Shown: positions 27,099 through 37,983, numbered from the whole stretch's first letter. The stretch: 63,168 nucleotides of DNA, filler included, from Octopus bimaculoides (GCF_001194135.2; 5 parts of 5 records of this genome joined end to end with filler, not necessarily neighbours in it), one strand, 5' to 3'. Numbers and translations are program-made. The notes: generated from the letters alone by a model not told the origin.

Positions 27099-27512
27099 TC
27101 AGTTCTATATTTAAGAGATGAGGAATTATGTACATTATTTACGTTATTTACATTATTTACATTTGACGGATATTTGTCCTCATCTTGTTTGTTGTTAACA
27201 CAACGTTTCGGCTGATATACCCTCCAGCCTTCATCAAGTGTCTTGGGGAAATTTCAAACCCAGGTTCTCATTCCTAAGGTATGGCATAGTGGTTAAGAGC
27301 GTGGGCTACTAACCCCAAGATTCCAAGTTCGAGTCCAAACAGTGACCTGAATAATAATGATAATAATAATAATAATAACATCGAAAAATACCTTAGGAAT
27401 GAGAACCCAGGTTCGAAATTTCCCCCAAGACACCTCATGAAGGCTGGAGGGTAGTTCAGCCGAAACAAACAAGATGAGGAAAATTATCCGTCAAATGTAA
27501 ATAATGTAAATA
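27099..27512 (+). mobile_element. tRNA-headed, hammerhead-bearing non-autonomous retroelement with inverted tail and 11-bp TSD
   Basis: TSD aatacttaagg at 27088-27098 and 27513-27523. Inverted tail copy 27099-27281, A box TGGCATAGTGG 27282-27292, B box GTTCGAGTCC 27327-27336, forward tail 27388-27512 with an HHR motif at 27429-27466. Confidence 0.75.
27197..27242 (-). ncRNA. Minimal type I hammerhead motif with one core substitution (C3U)
   Basis: Minus strand GACAC-TTGATGA-A-GGCTG(GAGGGTATAT)CAGCC-GAAAC-GTT-GTGTT, with palindromic AACGTT at stem III. Confidence 0.6.
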
Positions 27513-27562
27513 AATACTTAAGGACCTCCACGAACTGATTTCAAATTTGTGTTAGTCTAGAG

Positions 27563-27721
27563 CAGGCATGGGCAACTTTTTGCAAGAAGTGAGCCGCTTG
27601 AGACATGGTTAACCTTTAGATGGGCTGCACTACTAAAAAAATTCGAAATCATTTTTCGTTAGCTATGTCATTCAGCAAGTCCCACGGGCCACATGTGGCC
27701 ACAGCAGTTTGTCTATGTGTG
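27563..27721. mobile_element. hAT (Charlie-like) MITE
   Basis: caggcatgggcaac ... gtttgtctatgtgtg, with 8-bp flanks gtctagag / atgtagag (6/8). Confidence 0.65.
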
Positions 27722-28064
27722 ATGTAGAGTATACCTTCAGTTTTTTTTTTGTAATTGTGTTTCTATAAGAAATTATTATTGTTATTAGCAAAGTTTGGAT
27801 TCGGTCGAGTAACGGAAAAAAGTTGCCTTATGTTTAGAGATCAAATACGCCTGAGGTATAATTTGTTTCAGTCTTCTGTGGTCAGCAAAAGTAACAGGGA
27901 TGAGCTCAAGAGTTATTTCCCTTGGCTTAAAATTGATTTTCTTTTTCACCAAAATCGAGATTAATAATTCCGTGTGCATTTAATGCATCGTATTTAGCTG
28001 TAAAATTTTGCCCTGCATTATCTCCCCCTTTTTCCGTGTTATCCTTTACTGAACCCGTTTTGTT

Positions 28065-28250
28065 TTAAACTTATTTCAGTCATTGGACTGCGGCCATGTT
28101 GGGGCACTGCCTTCGAGTTTTTAGTTGAACGATCGACTCTAGTTCATTTCTTTTTAAAACTTAGTACTTTTTCTATCGATTCCTTTCACCTAACTACTAA
28201 GTTACGGGGACTTAGACAAACTCCGATTGTCGAGCGGTGGTGAGGGACAA
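28065..28250 (-). mobile_element. SINE family A, 3' half
   Basis: tttcagtcattggactgcggccatgttggggcac... Confidence 0.7.
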
Positions 28251-29512
28251 ACGCACATGTCTATACCATGTTTTATACTATATTCTTTATGCATAAATTT
28301 TATCAGTTAACGCTTTGCAGCCATACACTCAACATGCAGGAATTGAACACCTCTGACGAAATTCGACTTTCAAATAATTTTTAATTTTATTAATTAATTT
28401 CTGAAGGTCTTGAATTGAAAGAGATGTTTGTCAATTTTTTNNNNNNNNNNNNNNNNNNNNNNNNNNNNNNNNNNNNNNNNNNNNNNNNNNNNNNNNNNNN
28501 NNNNNNNNNNNNNNNNNNNNNNNNNNNNNNNNNNNNNNNNNNNNNNNNNNNNNNNNNNNNNNNNNNNNNNNNNNNNNNNNNNNNNNNNNNNNNNNNNNNN
28601 NNNNNNNNNNNNNNNNNNNNNNNNNNNNNNNNNNNNNNNNNNNNNNNNNNNNNNNNNNNNNNNNNNNNNNNNNNNNNNNNNNNNNNNNNNNNNNNNNNNN
28701 NNNNNNNNNNNNNNNNNNNNNNNNNNNNNNNNNNNNNNNNNNNNNNNNNNNNNNNNNNNNNNNNNNNNNNNNNNNNNNNNNNNNNNNNNNNNNNNNNNNN
28801 NNNNNNNNNNNNNNNNNNNNNNNNNNNNNNNNNNNNNNNNNNNNNNNNNNNNNNNNNNNNNNNNNNNNNNNNNNNNNNNNNNNNNNNNNNNNNNNNNNNN
28901 NNNNNNNNNNNNNNNNNNNNNNNNNNNNNNNNNNNNNNNNNNNNNNNNNNNNNNNNNNNNNNNNNNNNNNNNNNNNNNNNNNNNNNNNNNNNNNNNNNNN
29001 NNNNNNNNNNNNNNNNNNNNNNNNNNNNNNNNNNNNNNNNNNNNNNNNNNNNNNNNNNNNNNNNNNNNNNNNNNNNNNNNNNNNNNNNNNNNNNNNNNNN
29101 NNNNNNNNNNNNNNNNNNNNNNNNNNNNNNNNNNNNNNNNNNNNNNNNNNNNNNNNNNNNNNNNNNNNNNNNNNNNNNNNNNNNNNNNNNNNNNNNNNNN
29201 NNNNNNNNNNNNNNNNNNNNNNNNNNNNNNNNNNNNNNNNNNNNNNNNNNNNNNNNNNNNNNNNNNNNNNNNNNNNNNNNNNNNNNNNNNNNNNNNNNNN
29301 NNNNNNNNNNNNNNNNNNNNNNNNNNNNNNNNNNNNNNNNNNNNNNNNNNNNNNNNNNNNNNNNNNNNNNNNNNNNNNNNNNNNNNNNNNNNNNNNNNNN
29401 NNNNNNAATGAGTAAAAGATGAAAAATACATAATATACATAGACATATATTATACATGGGCTACAACAATATTTTCGAAGAAGCTGCAGTGGTGGTGGTC
29501 ATGGTGATATTG

Positions 29513-29760
29513 ATCATCATCATCATCATCATCATTGTTTAACGTCCATCTTCCATGCATGCATAGGTAGGACGGTTGACAGGAGCTGGCGAGGTAGAAA
29601 AACTACCCAAGGCTTCTGTGTCTGTTTTGGCAGGGATTTTACGGCTGGGTGCTCTTCCAAATGCTAACCTCTCTGCAAAGTGGACTCAGCACAGGTGAGG
29701 TTAGTTTTGGCATGATTTTTACACCTGGATGCCCTTCCAGACACCAATCGTGTTACAGTG
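29513..29760 (-). mobile_element. Older RTE tail fragment
   Basis: (cat)n-tgtttaacgtccatcttccatgc... Confidence 0.65.
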
Positions 29761-30594
29761 TTGACGGTAATTAATAATAAGTTGGTAACAAGCAATTCAT
29801 TTTTGTAAACTGAAATTTAAAAAAGAATAATCCTGTGTTATTTAATGAATGCATTTCAATGCTAATGATTGCCATCCTTGTTATTAGTCTGAGTTCGTTA
29901 GTATGTGAGAGGAGAGAGAGACAAATGGCTGGAAAGTTGCAGATGGGTTTAGAGGTGAATGTAATGAATGGACCAAGGGTAGGATAGGGGTGGGGGTTGA
30001 TGGTAAATATCAGAATGGGGAGGAAGGTGAAAGAATTGGCTCTGGAAAGGGGAGGTGGTTAGTGGCAGTACAGGAAGAGATGAGAGCAGCAGTATAATAA
30101 ACCTTTAGATAGATCAGAAAACAGAGATGTGGGAGAATGGGGTGAGGTGAGAGAGAGATGGATACAGTGACAGAGATGGAAGTCAGAGGTATGTAGTGAG
30201 TTGGTAATAAAGTTTGGGGAGGTTGTTGTTAGTAGATATAAGAGGGTGATAAGAATGATAACAGATAAGAGTGGGTGCTAAGATATTGTGTAGCAGTCCT
30301 AAGAAAAAAAGGGAGAGATAACTGAAGGCACAAAAAGAGGAATCATTGGGAATATAGTGAGAATGGATGATATTGAGAATGAAGGGTGGATTTTTTAATG
30401 GCAAGTAGTTCTAGAAAGAAGGGAAGGTAACAGGTGTCACGAAGGGAGATGTAATATGTGCATATTCTGCCCTTTGCTCTAGTTCAGCTGCTGATTGGGT
30501 GCAGGATCAAGGCCCAGTGAAGGTATTAGTCTAAACATAATGCATTTTAAGACCTCACATTTGCTGAGATAGACAGGGCTTCTCAAGAAGGGCA

Positions 30595-31045
30595 AATCAC
30601 CTGTCATCTCTTCTGTGAGGCTCAACATCTTGAGATCAGCCTTCACTACACCGTCCTATATCCTCCTCGGTTTCTTTCTTTCCCAAGTTCTCCCCATTTT
30701 TATTGATTGCCTCTTCTATATACAGGTGTCCTCAACCATACACATCACATAACCAAACCAGTGTAATCTCTCTTGCACTGCACTTGATTCCCACCTGGGG
30801 CCCAATTTTCCTCTATTATGCATTGCACTTTGTCTTACATGCACACTGATATTGCACCTGCAATAGAGCACTCTGGCTTAATTCCTTTCCAGTTTTTGCA
30901 TGTCCTCTGCGTTCAGGACCCATATCTCTCTACCATGTAGCATTGTTGTTCATACACAGGTATCACACAATCAGTCTTTCACTCTGATAGAAAGAGAGTG
31001 AGACAGACCTTTTGTTACCAACAGAGTTAATAGCTTTCTAAATTA
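30595..31045 (-). mobile_element. Decayed RTE ORF C-terminal fragment
   Basis: Reverse complement aligns by eye with the 20500-20950 RTE coding region. Confidence 0.7.
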
Positions 31046-31048
31046 TGA

Positions 31049-31085
<37 letters not shown>

Positions 31086-31087
31086 TT

Positions 31088-31990
31088 TGACAGTAAGCAT
31101 CTTGAGAAAAAAGTTAGGCATAAGAGGCATCAGATGTGGTGTGCAAGAGAGCCTACTGTGCTGGTATGGTCATGTGATGCATATGGACAAAGACAACTGT
31201 GTAAAGAACTGCCAAACTGTGGAGGGAACCTGTGGCAGAGGTAGACCCAGAAAGACATGGAATGAGGTGGTGAAGCATGATCTTCAAAGTTCAGGTCTCA
31301 CAGAGGCAATGACTAGTGACCGAGACCTTTGGTGGTATGCTGTGCTTGAGAAGACCCATCAAGGCAAGAGAAATTGTAATCTTGGCTGATGTTAGTGTCA
31401 CGTAATTGGCACCCATGCTGGTGGCATGTAAAAAGCACCTTTTGTGCGTTGGGCCCTCACGGAGGCAAAGTGGCTGAGCTCCTTTCAAATGTTGGGCCTC
31501 ACAGAGGCAATGACCAAGACCTTTGGCATTTATTGTGCTTGAGAAGAAGACCCATCAAGCCAACCATAATCATGACAGATAGCAGTGTCACACAAATGCC
31601 ACCTGTGCAGGTGGCATGTAAAAGCACTCATTACACTCTCAGAGTGGTTGGTGTTAGGAAGGGCATCCAGCTGTAGAAACCAAGCCAAAACAGACTGGAG
31701 TCTGGTGCAGCCNNNNNNNNNNTGTAGAAACCAAGCCAAAACAGACTGGAGTCTGGTGCAGCCTTTCAGCTTGCCAGCCCTGGTCAAACCGTCCAACCCA
31801 TGCCAGCATGGACGATGGACGTTAAGTGATGATGATGGTGATGATGATATGTCATGTTATTAGGAAGGGTATCCAGCCATAAAAATAGACAATGAAGCCT
31901 GGTGCGGCCTCTGACCTTGTCAGTTCCTGTCAAACCATCCAACCCATACCAGCAGGGAAAACAGGCATTAATTGATAACGATGATGATTA
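31088..31990 (+). mobile_element. RTE 3' fragment with a second tandem tail
   Basis: ILRKKLGIRGIRCGVQE...WYGHVMHM...GRGRPRKTW...DRDLWW, with tails ending at ~31850 and ~31990. Confidence 0.85.
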
Positions 31991-31991
31991 T

Positions 31992-32029
<38 letters not shown>

Positions 32030-32146
32030 GCGTGGCATAATCAACTTCATTTTAATGTCCATTTTTGGATGGGATTTTGTTATTACGAATTTCCCACTGC
32101 GGGTGCCTGGTCACCAATCCTTAAGTAAGATAATATATCTCCATGT

Positions 32147-32365
32147 TAAGGCAGCGAGCTGGCAGAAACGTCAGTATGCCGGGGCGAAATGCTTAGCGGT
32201 ATTTCGTCTGTCTTTACGTTCTGAGTTCAAATTCCGCCGAGGTCGACTTTGCCTTTCATCCTTTTGGGGTCGATAAATTAAGTACCAGTTGCATACTGGG
32301 GTCGATCTAATTGACTGCCCCCTTCTCCAAAAATTTTAGGCTTTGTGCCTAGAGTGGAACAAAAT
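32147..32365 (+). mobile_element. tRNA-like SINE family B (best copy)
   Basis: aaggcagcgagctggcagaaacg...gagttcaaattccgccgaggtcgactttgcctttcatcc...aagtaccagtt. Confidence 0.85.
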
Positions 32366-32387
32366 AGAAGACAAACACACACACACA

Positions 32388-32535
32388 CATATCTGATAAG
32401 CTTCTTTCAGTTTCCTTTACCAAATTCACTCAAGGCTTTGGTTGAGCTCAGGCTATAGTGGAAGACACTTGCCCAAGGTGCCACGCAGTGGGACTGAACC
32501 TAGAACTGTTTAGCTGAGAAGCAGACTTCTTACCA
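32388..32535 (-). mobile_element. SINE family A, 5' half
   Basis: cttctttcagtttcc...gcccaaggtgccacgcagtgggactgaacc. Confidence 0.8.
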
Positions 32536-32578
32536 CAGAGCCACACCCACACCTATGTGCGCGTATGTGTGTGTGTGT

Positions 32579-32617
<39 letters not shown>

Positions 32618-33168
32618 TATTTGTAGGAAAAGGTTTGTCATTGTATTTGTCTGGATGTAGTTTATGTGGTTATGACTCTATCTATAAACGTGTGAATATG
32701 TGTGAACATTAGTTTGGGTGTGTTTAAACTCTATGTATTTTTGTGAGTGTGTTTATGTGAACACTCGTGTCTATAGCTACATATGTCCCTATAAAACTTT
32801 GTGTGTGTGTGTGTCTACGTGTGTTTGCTTGCCAGTCTCAAATCACTCTGCCTGTGTTCTGGTGAGCGTGTGAGTGCTCTTTTGCCGATGTTTTGATGGG
32901 CGTAGAAGCAAATGTGGGCAGACAGTGTGACGAGGCTAACTTTTGTCCCCCTTGTACCCCCCTCCCCCGCTGCCCTCCCTACCCCCTCCTCCACACAAAT
33001 AGCCACCACCACCACCTCCTCCTACTCCACCCACATTTTACTCAGCTTGTTGATTGTTGTCTGATACTTTGATGAATAATACTAATATTGGACAGAACAA
33101 CTCCTTTATCACTCCCCTTCCTTCTGCATCGTCTTCACCACACACACACACATATACACACTCACACA

Positions 33169-33199
<31 letters not shown>

Positions 33200-33304
33200 T
33201 CTCTCTCTCTCTCCGTCTCTCTCATTATACATCAGACTATATTGTACTGTAACATCATATCAAAAAGCAGTCAGTCACTCATACATGTATACGTACTCAC
33301 ATTC

Positions 33305-33495
33305 AAATCGTTGTTTCAGTCATTTGACTGCGGCCATGCTGGAGCTCTGCCTTTTAGTCGATGAAATCGATCCCAGGACTTGTTCTTTGTAATCCTGATG
33401 CTTATTCTATCGTTCTCTTTTAGCAAACCGCTAGATTACAGGGATGTAGACACACCAACATCGATTGGCAAACAATGGTGGGGGTGGGGTGACAA
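33305..33495 (-). mobile_element. SINE family A, 3' half
   Basis: tgtttcagtcatttgactgcggccatgctggagc... Confidence 0.8.
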
Positions 33496-33522
33496 ACACA
33501 GACGCACACACACAAATATATA

Positions 33523-33758
33523 GGAGTGGCTGTGTGGAAAGTAGCTTGCTTACGAACCACATGGTTCCGGGTTCAGTCCCACTGCGTGGCACCTTCGGCA
33601 AGTGTCTTCTACTATAGCCTTGGGTCAACCAAAGCCTTGTGAGTGGATTTGGTAGACGGAAACTGAAAGAAGCCCGTCGTATATATGTATGTTTATATGT
33701 TTGTGTGTCTGTGTTTGTCCCCCCAACATCGCTTGACAACCGATGCTGGTGTGTTTAC
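33523..33758 (+). mobile_element. SINE family A, cut by a gap
   Basis: ggagtggctgtgtggaaagtagcttgc... with intact head and body. Confidence 0.9.
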
Positions 33759-34043
33759 NNNNNNNNNNNNNNNNNNNNNNNNNNNNNNNNNNNNNNNNNN
33801 NNNNNNNNNNNNNNNNNNNNNNNNNNNNNNNNNNNNNNNNNNNNNNNNNNNNNNNNNNNNNNNNNNNNNNNNNNNNNNNNNNNNNNNNNNNNNNNNNNNN
33901 NNNNNNNNNNNNNNNNNNNNNNNNNNNNNNNNNNNNNNNNNNNNNNNNNNNNNNNNNNNNNNNNNNNNNNNNNNNNNNNNNNNNNNNNNNNNNNNNNNNN
34001 NNNNNNNNNNNNNNNNNNNNNTATATATACACACACACACAAT

Positions 34044-34196
34044 GGGCTTCTTTCTGTTTCTGTCTACCAAATCCACTCACAAGGCTTTGGTCAGCCCGAA
34101 GCTATAGTAGAAGACACTTGCCCAAGGTGCCACGCAGTGGGACTGAACCCAGAACCCTGTGGTTGGGAAGCAAGCTACTTACCACACTGTCACACC
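34044..34196 (-). mobile_element. SINE family A, 5' half, 41 nt upstream of CHCHD1 exon 2
   Basis: Reverse complement of 33523-33675. Confidence 0.88.
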
Positions 34197-34237
34197 CGCA
34201 CCTTTACTTATAAAACATTGTTTTTTCTCTTCTCTAG

Positions 34238-34356
34238 CTGCACCCTGCCTTGAGGAAATTGGATTGTTGCTGACTTGCTGGAAGTCTTCAGATTTTTCCA
34301 TGAAAGGATGCGAGAAGGAAGTAAAGGCGTTTAACAAATGCTATGCGGCGTCTACG
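34238..34356 (+). CDS. CHCHD1: CHCHD1/mS37 coding exon 2, twin CX9C domain (AAPCLEEIGLLLTCWKSSDFSMKGCEKEVKAFNKCYAAST)
   Basis: Acceptor ttttttctcttctctag|CT, donor ACG|gtatgt, 119 nt. CX9C-X10-CX9C with the C-x-x-E-(M/I)...CWK...F...C-x-KE pattern typical of CHCHD1. Confidence 0.92.
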
Positions 34357-34669
34357 GTATGTACTCTCTCCACTAATCTCTGTGGATAAAAAAACTCCAT
34401 TATCCATTTTCCTTCTGGAAGATTTTCAAGAAATAACATCACTACCACCACCACCACCATCATCATCAACACCCCCCCATCATCATTATCATCACTGTCA
34501 TCATTATTATCTAAACTTTCTTTCTATATTTATCCTACACACTTTACACTGTATCAACTGTGCAGAAGAACGGCAACTGATGTATGGACCTGGTACTAAA
34601 AAAGCCTCTACAGATAGATTCCATTTTCCAAATCTTCTTCAAAAAGAAAAATCTAATTAGACTTTTTAA

Positions 34670-34975
34670 CCGTGGCCTGTGCCAGTGTCACATGACCAGC
34701 CCATTTAAGAGGACCCTTCAATCATTGGGCAATAATAGCAAAAATGGCATTGGGCAATAATGGCAATAAACTGCGCTTCTGAAGACCTGTTGAGGCAAGT
34801 GAAATTGCCGTGGCTGATGACAGTACCCCCTGATTGGCACCTGTATCAGTGGCATGTAAAATGCACCATTCGAGCATGGTCAATGCTAGTGCTGCCTGAC
34901 TGGTCCCGTGCCAATGGCACATAAAAAGCAACATTCGAGTGTGGTTGTTGCCAGTGCCGCCTGACTGGCTCCTGT
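34670..34975. mobile_element. RTE 3'-UTR-derived fragments in CHCHD1 intron 2
   Basis: gtggcatgtaaaa...cattcgagc repeat units shared with other RTE 3' UTRs in the window. Confidence 0.55.
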
Positions 34976-35235
34976 GGTGGTGGTGGTGGAGGAGCTGATT
35001 TCTGGAACATAAATTAGCAAGAAATTTTGATGGAAGGCTTTAGTTTGACCTTTTACTATTTAAACCAGCCATTATCTGTCCCAAATATTCTACCCATTTT
35101 CTATTCCCAAGGGTCTTCTGGCTTTTGGTTGCAAGAAACCACTAACTTACAGCTTCTTTCACTACTGTCGTTGTTGTTGCTGGTGTTGTTACAAATACTT
35201 CGAAGTCACTTCCAAATCCTTTATGTTTCTTACAG

Positions 35236-35328
35236 AATCAACCTCCTCAAACTGGAAACAAACTTTCCGCAGCAGAAGTGAACAAATTACTCAAGAAGTT
35301 TCCTCAGCCTCCACACTCATACAAGTAG
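35236..35328 (+). CDS. CHCHD1: CHCHD1/mS37 coding exon 3 (NQPPQTGNKLSAAEVNKLLKKFPQPPHSYK*)
   Basis: Acceptor ttatgtttcttacag|AAT (phase 0), TAG at 35326-35328. The NKLLxxFP C-terminal motif is characteristic of CHCHD1. Joined protein is 119 aa. Confidence 0.88.
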   Translation, partial: NQPPQTGNKLSAAEVNKLLKKFPQPPHSYK

Positions 35329-35842
35329 ATGATTCAGTGAAAGGTTTTTAACAAGTGAACAGCATGTGTGTAAGTATGATCTTTGCTCTTTCAGCTCCTG
35401 TTTTGCTCAACCCCTGTTGTTACATTAGAGGCAGGTTCAATTCTAGATCACAACAGCTGCAATGTTAAAGTGTTTATTTTGTAGGCACAAGCATGGTTGT
35501 GTTGCTATGATGTTTAGCTTGCAAATCATGTGGTTCCCGGCTCAATCCTAGCACACTCTATAAAATAGTTGGTGTTAGGGCACATCCCTCCATAGAAACT
35601 ATTGCAAAAAGGGAACATGTGAACAAGACATGCCATCTGCCCCTAACCTGTTTAGGAGGCCAGTAACTCTGTATAAGGACTAACTCAGGATGTGATGGCC
35701 TGTCTCACCTTTGCCAGCAGAGAAAAGTTAATGTAAAATTGTAGGTGAGGCGGGGGAGTTAAGTTTAAATTAGAAACATTTAAAAAATTCTACTTTTTTT
35801 ACCATCATGCTTTGTTGAAAAATCCTGCATGATTTGATCATT

Positions 35843-35947
35843 TTGAAAACATTGGTTCTCGTCCAATCACCGAAGTTAAGCAGCGTCGAGCCTAGTTAGT
35901 CCTTAGATGGGTGAGCGCTTGGGAAACCTAGGTGCTGTAAACGTCTT
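35843..35947 (+). pseudogene. 5S rRNA-derived pseudogene, 5'-truncated and diverged
   Basis: ttgaaaacattggttctcgtccaatcaccgaagttaagcagcgtcgagcctagttagtccttagatgggtgagcgcttgggaaacctaggtgctgtaaac aligns by eye to metazoan 5S rRNA from about nt 20 to the end, including box A (agttaagcagcgtcg) and box C (tagatgggtgagcgcttg). Confidence 0.85.
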
Positions 35948-36170
35948 TCCATCCTTGTGCAGGTGGCACGTAAAAAACACCATTTGAGCATGGCCATTGC
36001 CAGTACCGCTGGACTGTCCCTCGTGCCGGTGGCATGTAAAAAGGTTTCTATGGCTTGATGCTCTTCCTAACCCCAACCACTTTACAGAGTGTATTGGGTG
36101 CTTTTTATGTAGAGCTGGCATGTGACTTCTAAATCCATACTGTGTTATCTATTCCTCTTTCTCTTTACAG

Positions 36171-36255
36171 CATCTAAGGGCAGCGTGATGCAGTCTGAAA
36201 ATGTATCTATTAATTAAAATGTCTCCCATCAATATTAAATATCTTGCATTTATAT
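36171..36255 (+). other. CHCHD1: Putative non-coding terminal (3'-UTR) exon of CHCHD1
   Basis: Donor gtaagt at 35370 (41 nt after the stop), strong acceptor ttcctctttctctttacag ending 36170, ATTAAA at 36213 and 36234. The 3' end is an estimate. Confidence 0.4.
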
Positions 36256-36269
36256 CAGATCAGTCCTTA

Positions 36270-36650
36270 AGGCAATTTGTCCTGGCAGAATTGTTAGCAC
36301 ATTGGACAGTATTTTGTTTGTCTTTACGTTCTGAGTTCAAATGGTCAACTTTGTCTTTTGTCCTTTCAGGGTCAATGAAATAAGTACCAGTTACACACTA
36401 GGGTCAATGTAATTAACTTGTCCCCTTCCTCAAAACTACTGGCCTTATGCCAAATTTTGACGCCAATATATTAGATTAGCCATTAAGGCGATGGAGAACT
36501 GTTGGCTTGTTAGAGAAAAGGCTTCACAGCTTTTTGTCTGTGTCTTTATGTTCTGAGTTCAAATATCATCATGGTTGACTTTGCTTTTCATCCTTTTGGG
36601 GTTGAAATAAGTGCCAGAGCGCTGGGGGTGATATAATCAACTAACCCCTT
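36270..36650 (+). mobile_element. Two tandem diverged SINE family B copies
   Basis: ctggcagaattgttagcac... and ...gttctgagttcaaat...aataagtgccag. Confidence 0.7.
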
Positions 36651-37760
36651 CCCTCATGCTTATGATAAAAAGTATTAGCCTGGATTCTCATGTAATTATT
36701 AAAATTATTGTTATAAAAACCTAGTAGTAGTAGTAGTAGTAGTAGTAGTAAATTATAGTAGAACATTACTAATATCATATTGACCCTTTTGATACCAACC
36801 CAGCTGAAACCGTCTCTAGTTCTGAGTACAAATGTTCTTGTTTTCATAAGTTCTGAATAAAAATCTTCCATCAAACCTTAGTCACAATTTATCTTCCTAA
36901 CACTAGCTTAATGATAACTAAGTTATTTTACTAAATTCTTTGTTATATTTGAAATTAATTGAAAGAAACACAGAGCATCTCAACAGAAATACAGTAATGA
37001 AAGGGTTAAAACCTAAACTCATTTTCCTTGAGATTTCTCAGAGAAAAACAGTCAGTGGTGGGGGGCAGTACTTGTCATGGTCTTTTTTCTTTCTTATTTA
37101 CTTCTCTCACACTTTTTGTTTCTCTTTCTTTCTTTATCTGTTTTCCTATTTTCATTTCCTTTAATGTGATTGACAATTTTAATTTTTTGCAGGAAGGGTC
37201 CAGTGTTCAATTCACATCAGATGTCTACACAATGCTTCATGTGTTCCTCATGCCAATGTCAGCAAATTGAAGAATATTCCAGTTGCAGTAGTATTAAGGT
37301 GTCTAGCTGGCAAAATCATTGGAGCATTGGCAAAAATGCCTTGTAGCATTCATTCTGACCCTTTACGGTCAATGGTATCAACTAGCCCCTTCCCTCAAAA
37401 TTTCTGGCCTTGTGCCAAAATTTGAAATAATTATTATTATTAATAACATTATGCTGTGATGATCTGTTTGAAAGTGAGAAATGACCTGAAAGAAATTTGG
37501 AATAAAAGATTGTAAATAAAGCAACTTGTGTCTTTTTGTTTAATTTAATTTTTTTTTTTATGAAAAAGCCATAGAAACCCAGTGTGATGGTGTGGTTAGT
37601 CTATCTTTAGTTTCTAACTCTTTTTTCACTTCACATATATATTCAGAGGTGCATATACACACATGCATTTTTGTATATGTATCTACATCGATAAAACTGT
37701 GAATGTGTGTCTGTACGTGTGTCACACTCAAATGATTGAAACAAATAGCAGAGTAAAAGA

Positions 37761-37983
37761 GTACCGCCTGACTGGCCTTTGTGCCGGTGGCACGTAAAAA
37801 GCACCCACTACACTCTCTGAGTGGTCGGCGTTAGGAAGGGCATCCAGCTGTAGAAACTCTGCCAAATCAGATTGGAGCCTGGTGTAGCCATCTGGTTTCA
37901 CCAGTCCTCAGTCAAATCGTCCAACCCATGCTAGCATGGAAAGCGGACGTTAAACGACGACGACGATGATGATGATGATGATG
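37761..37983 (+). mobile_element. Young RTE tail fragment
   Basis: ...cgtccaacccatgctagcatggaaagcggacgttaaacga(cga)n(tga)n. Confidence 0.8.

Noticed and set aside
27282-27340. tRNA gene calls for the SINE heads (also 42616, 48305, 33523, 21631)
   Set aside because: A and B boxes are present, but acceptor and anticodon stems do not form a full cloverleaf and each head is fused to a SINE body.
22079-27925. Recurrent gagttatttccctt motif (also in the Merlin TIRs) as a CHCHD1 promoter element
   Set aside because: It occurs in repeat contexts inside and outside the gene, so it is more likely TE-derived.
31672-31763. 41-bp direct repeat flanking a 10-N gap
   Set aside because: Typical unmerged contig overlap, so an assembly artefact.
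37459-37491. TGATGA...CTGA as a C/D snoRNA
   Set aside because: The boxes are only ~30 nt apart with no terminal stem, which is too short.
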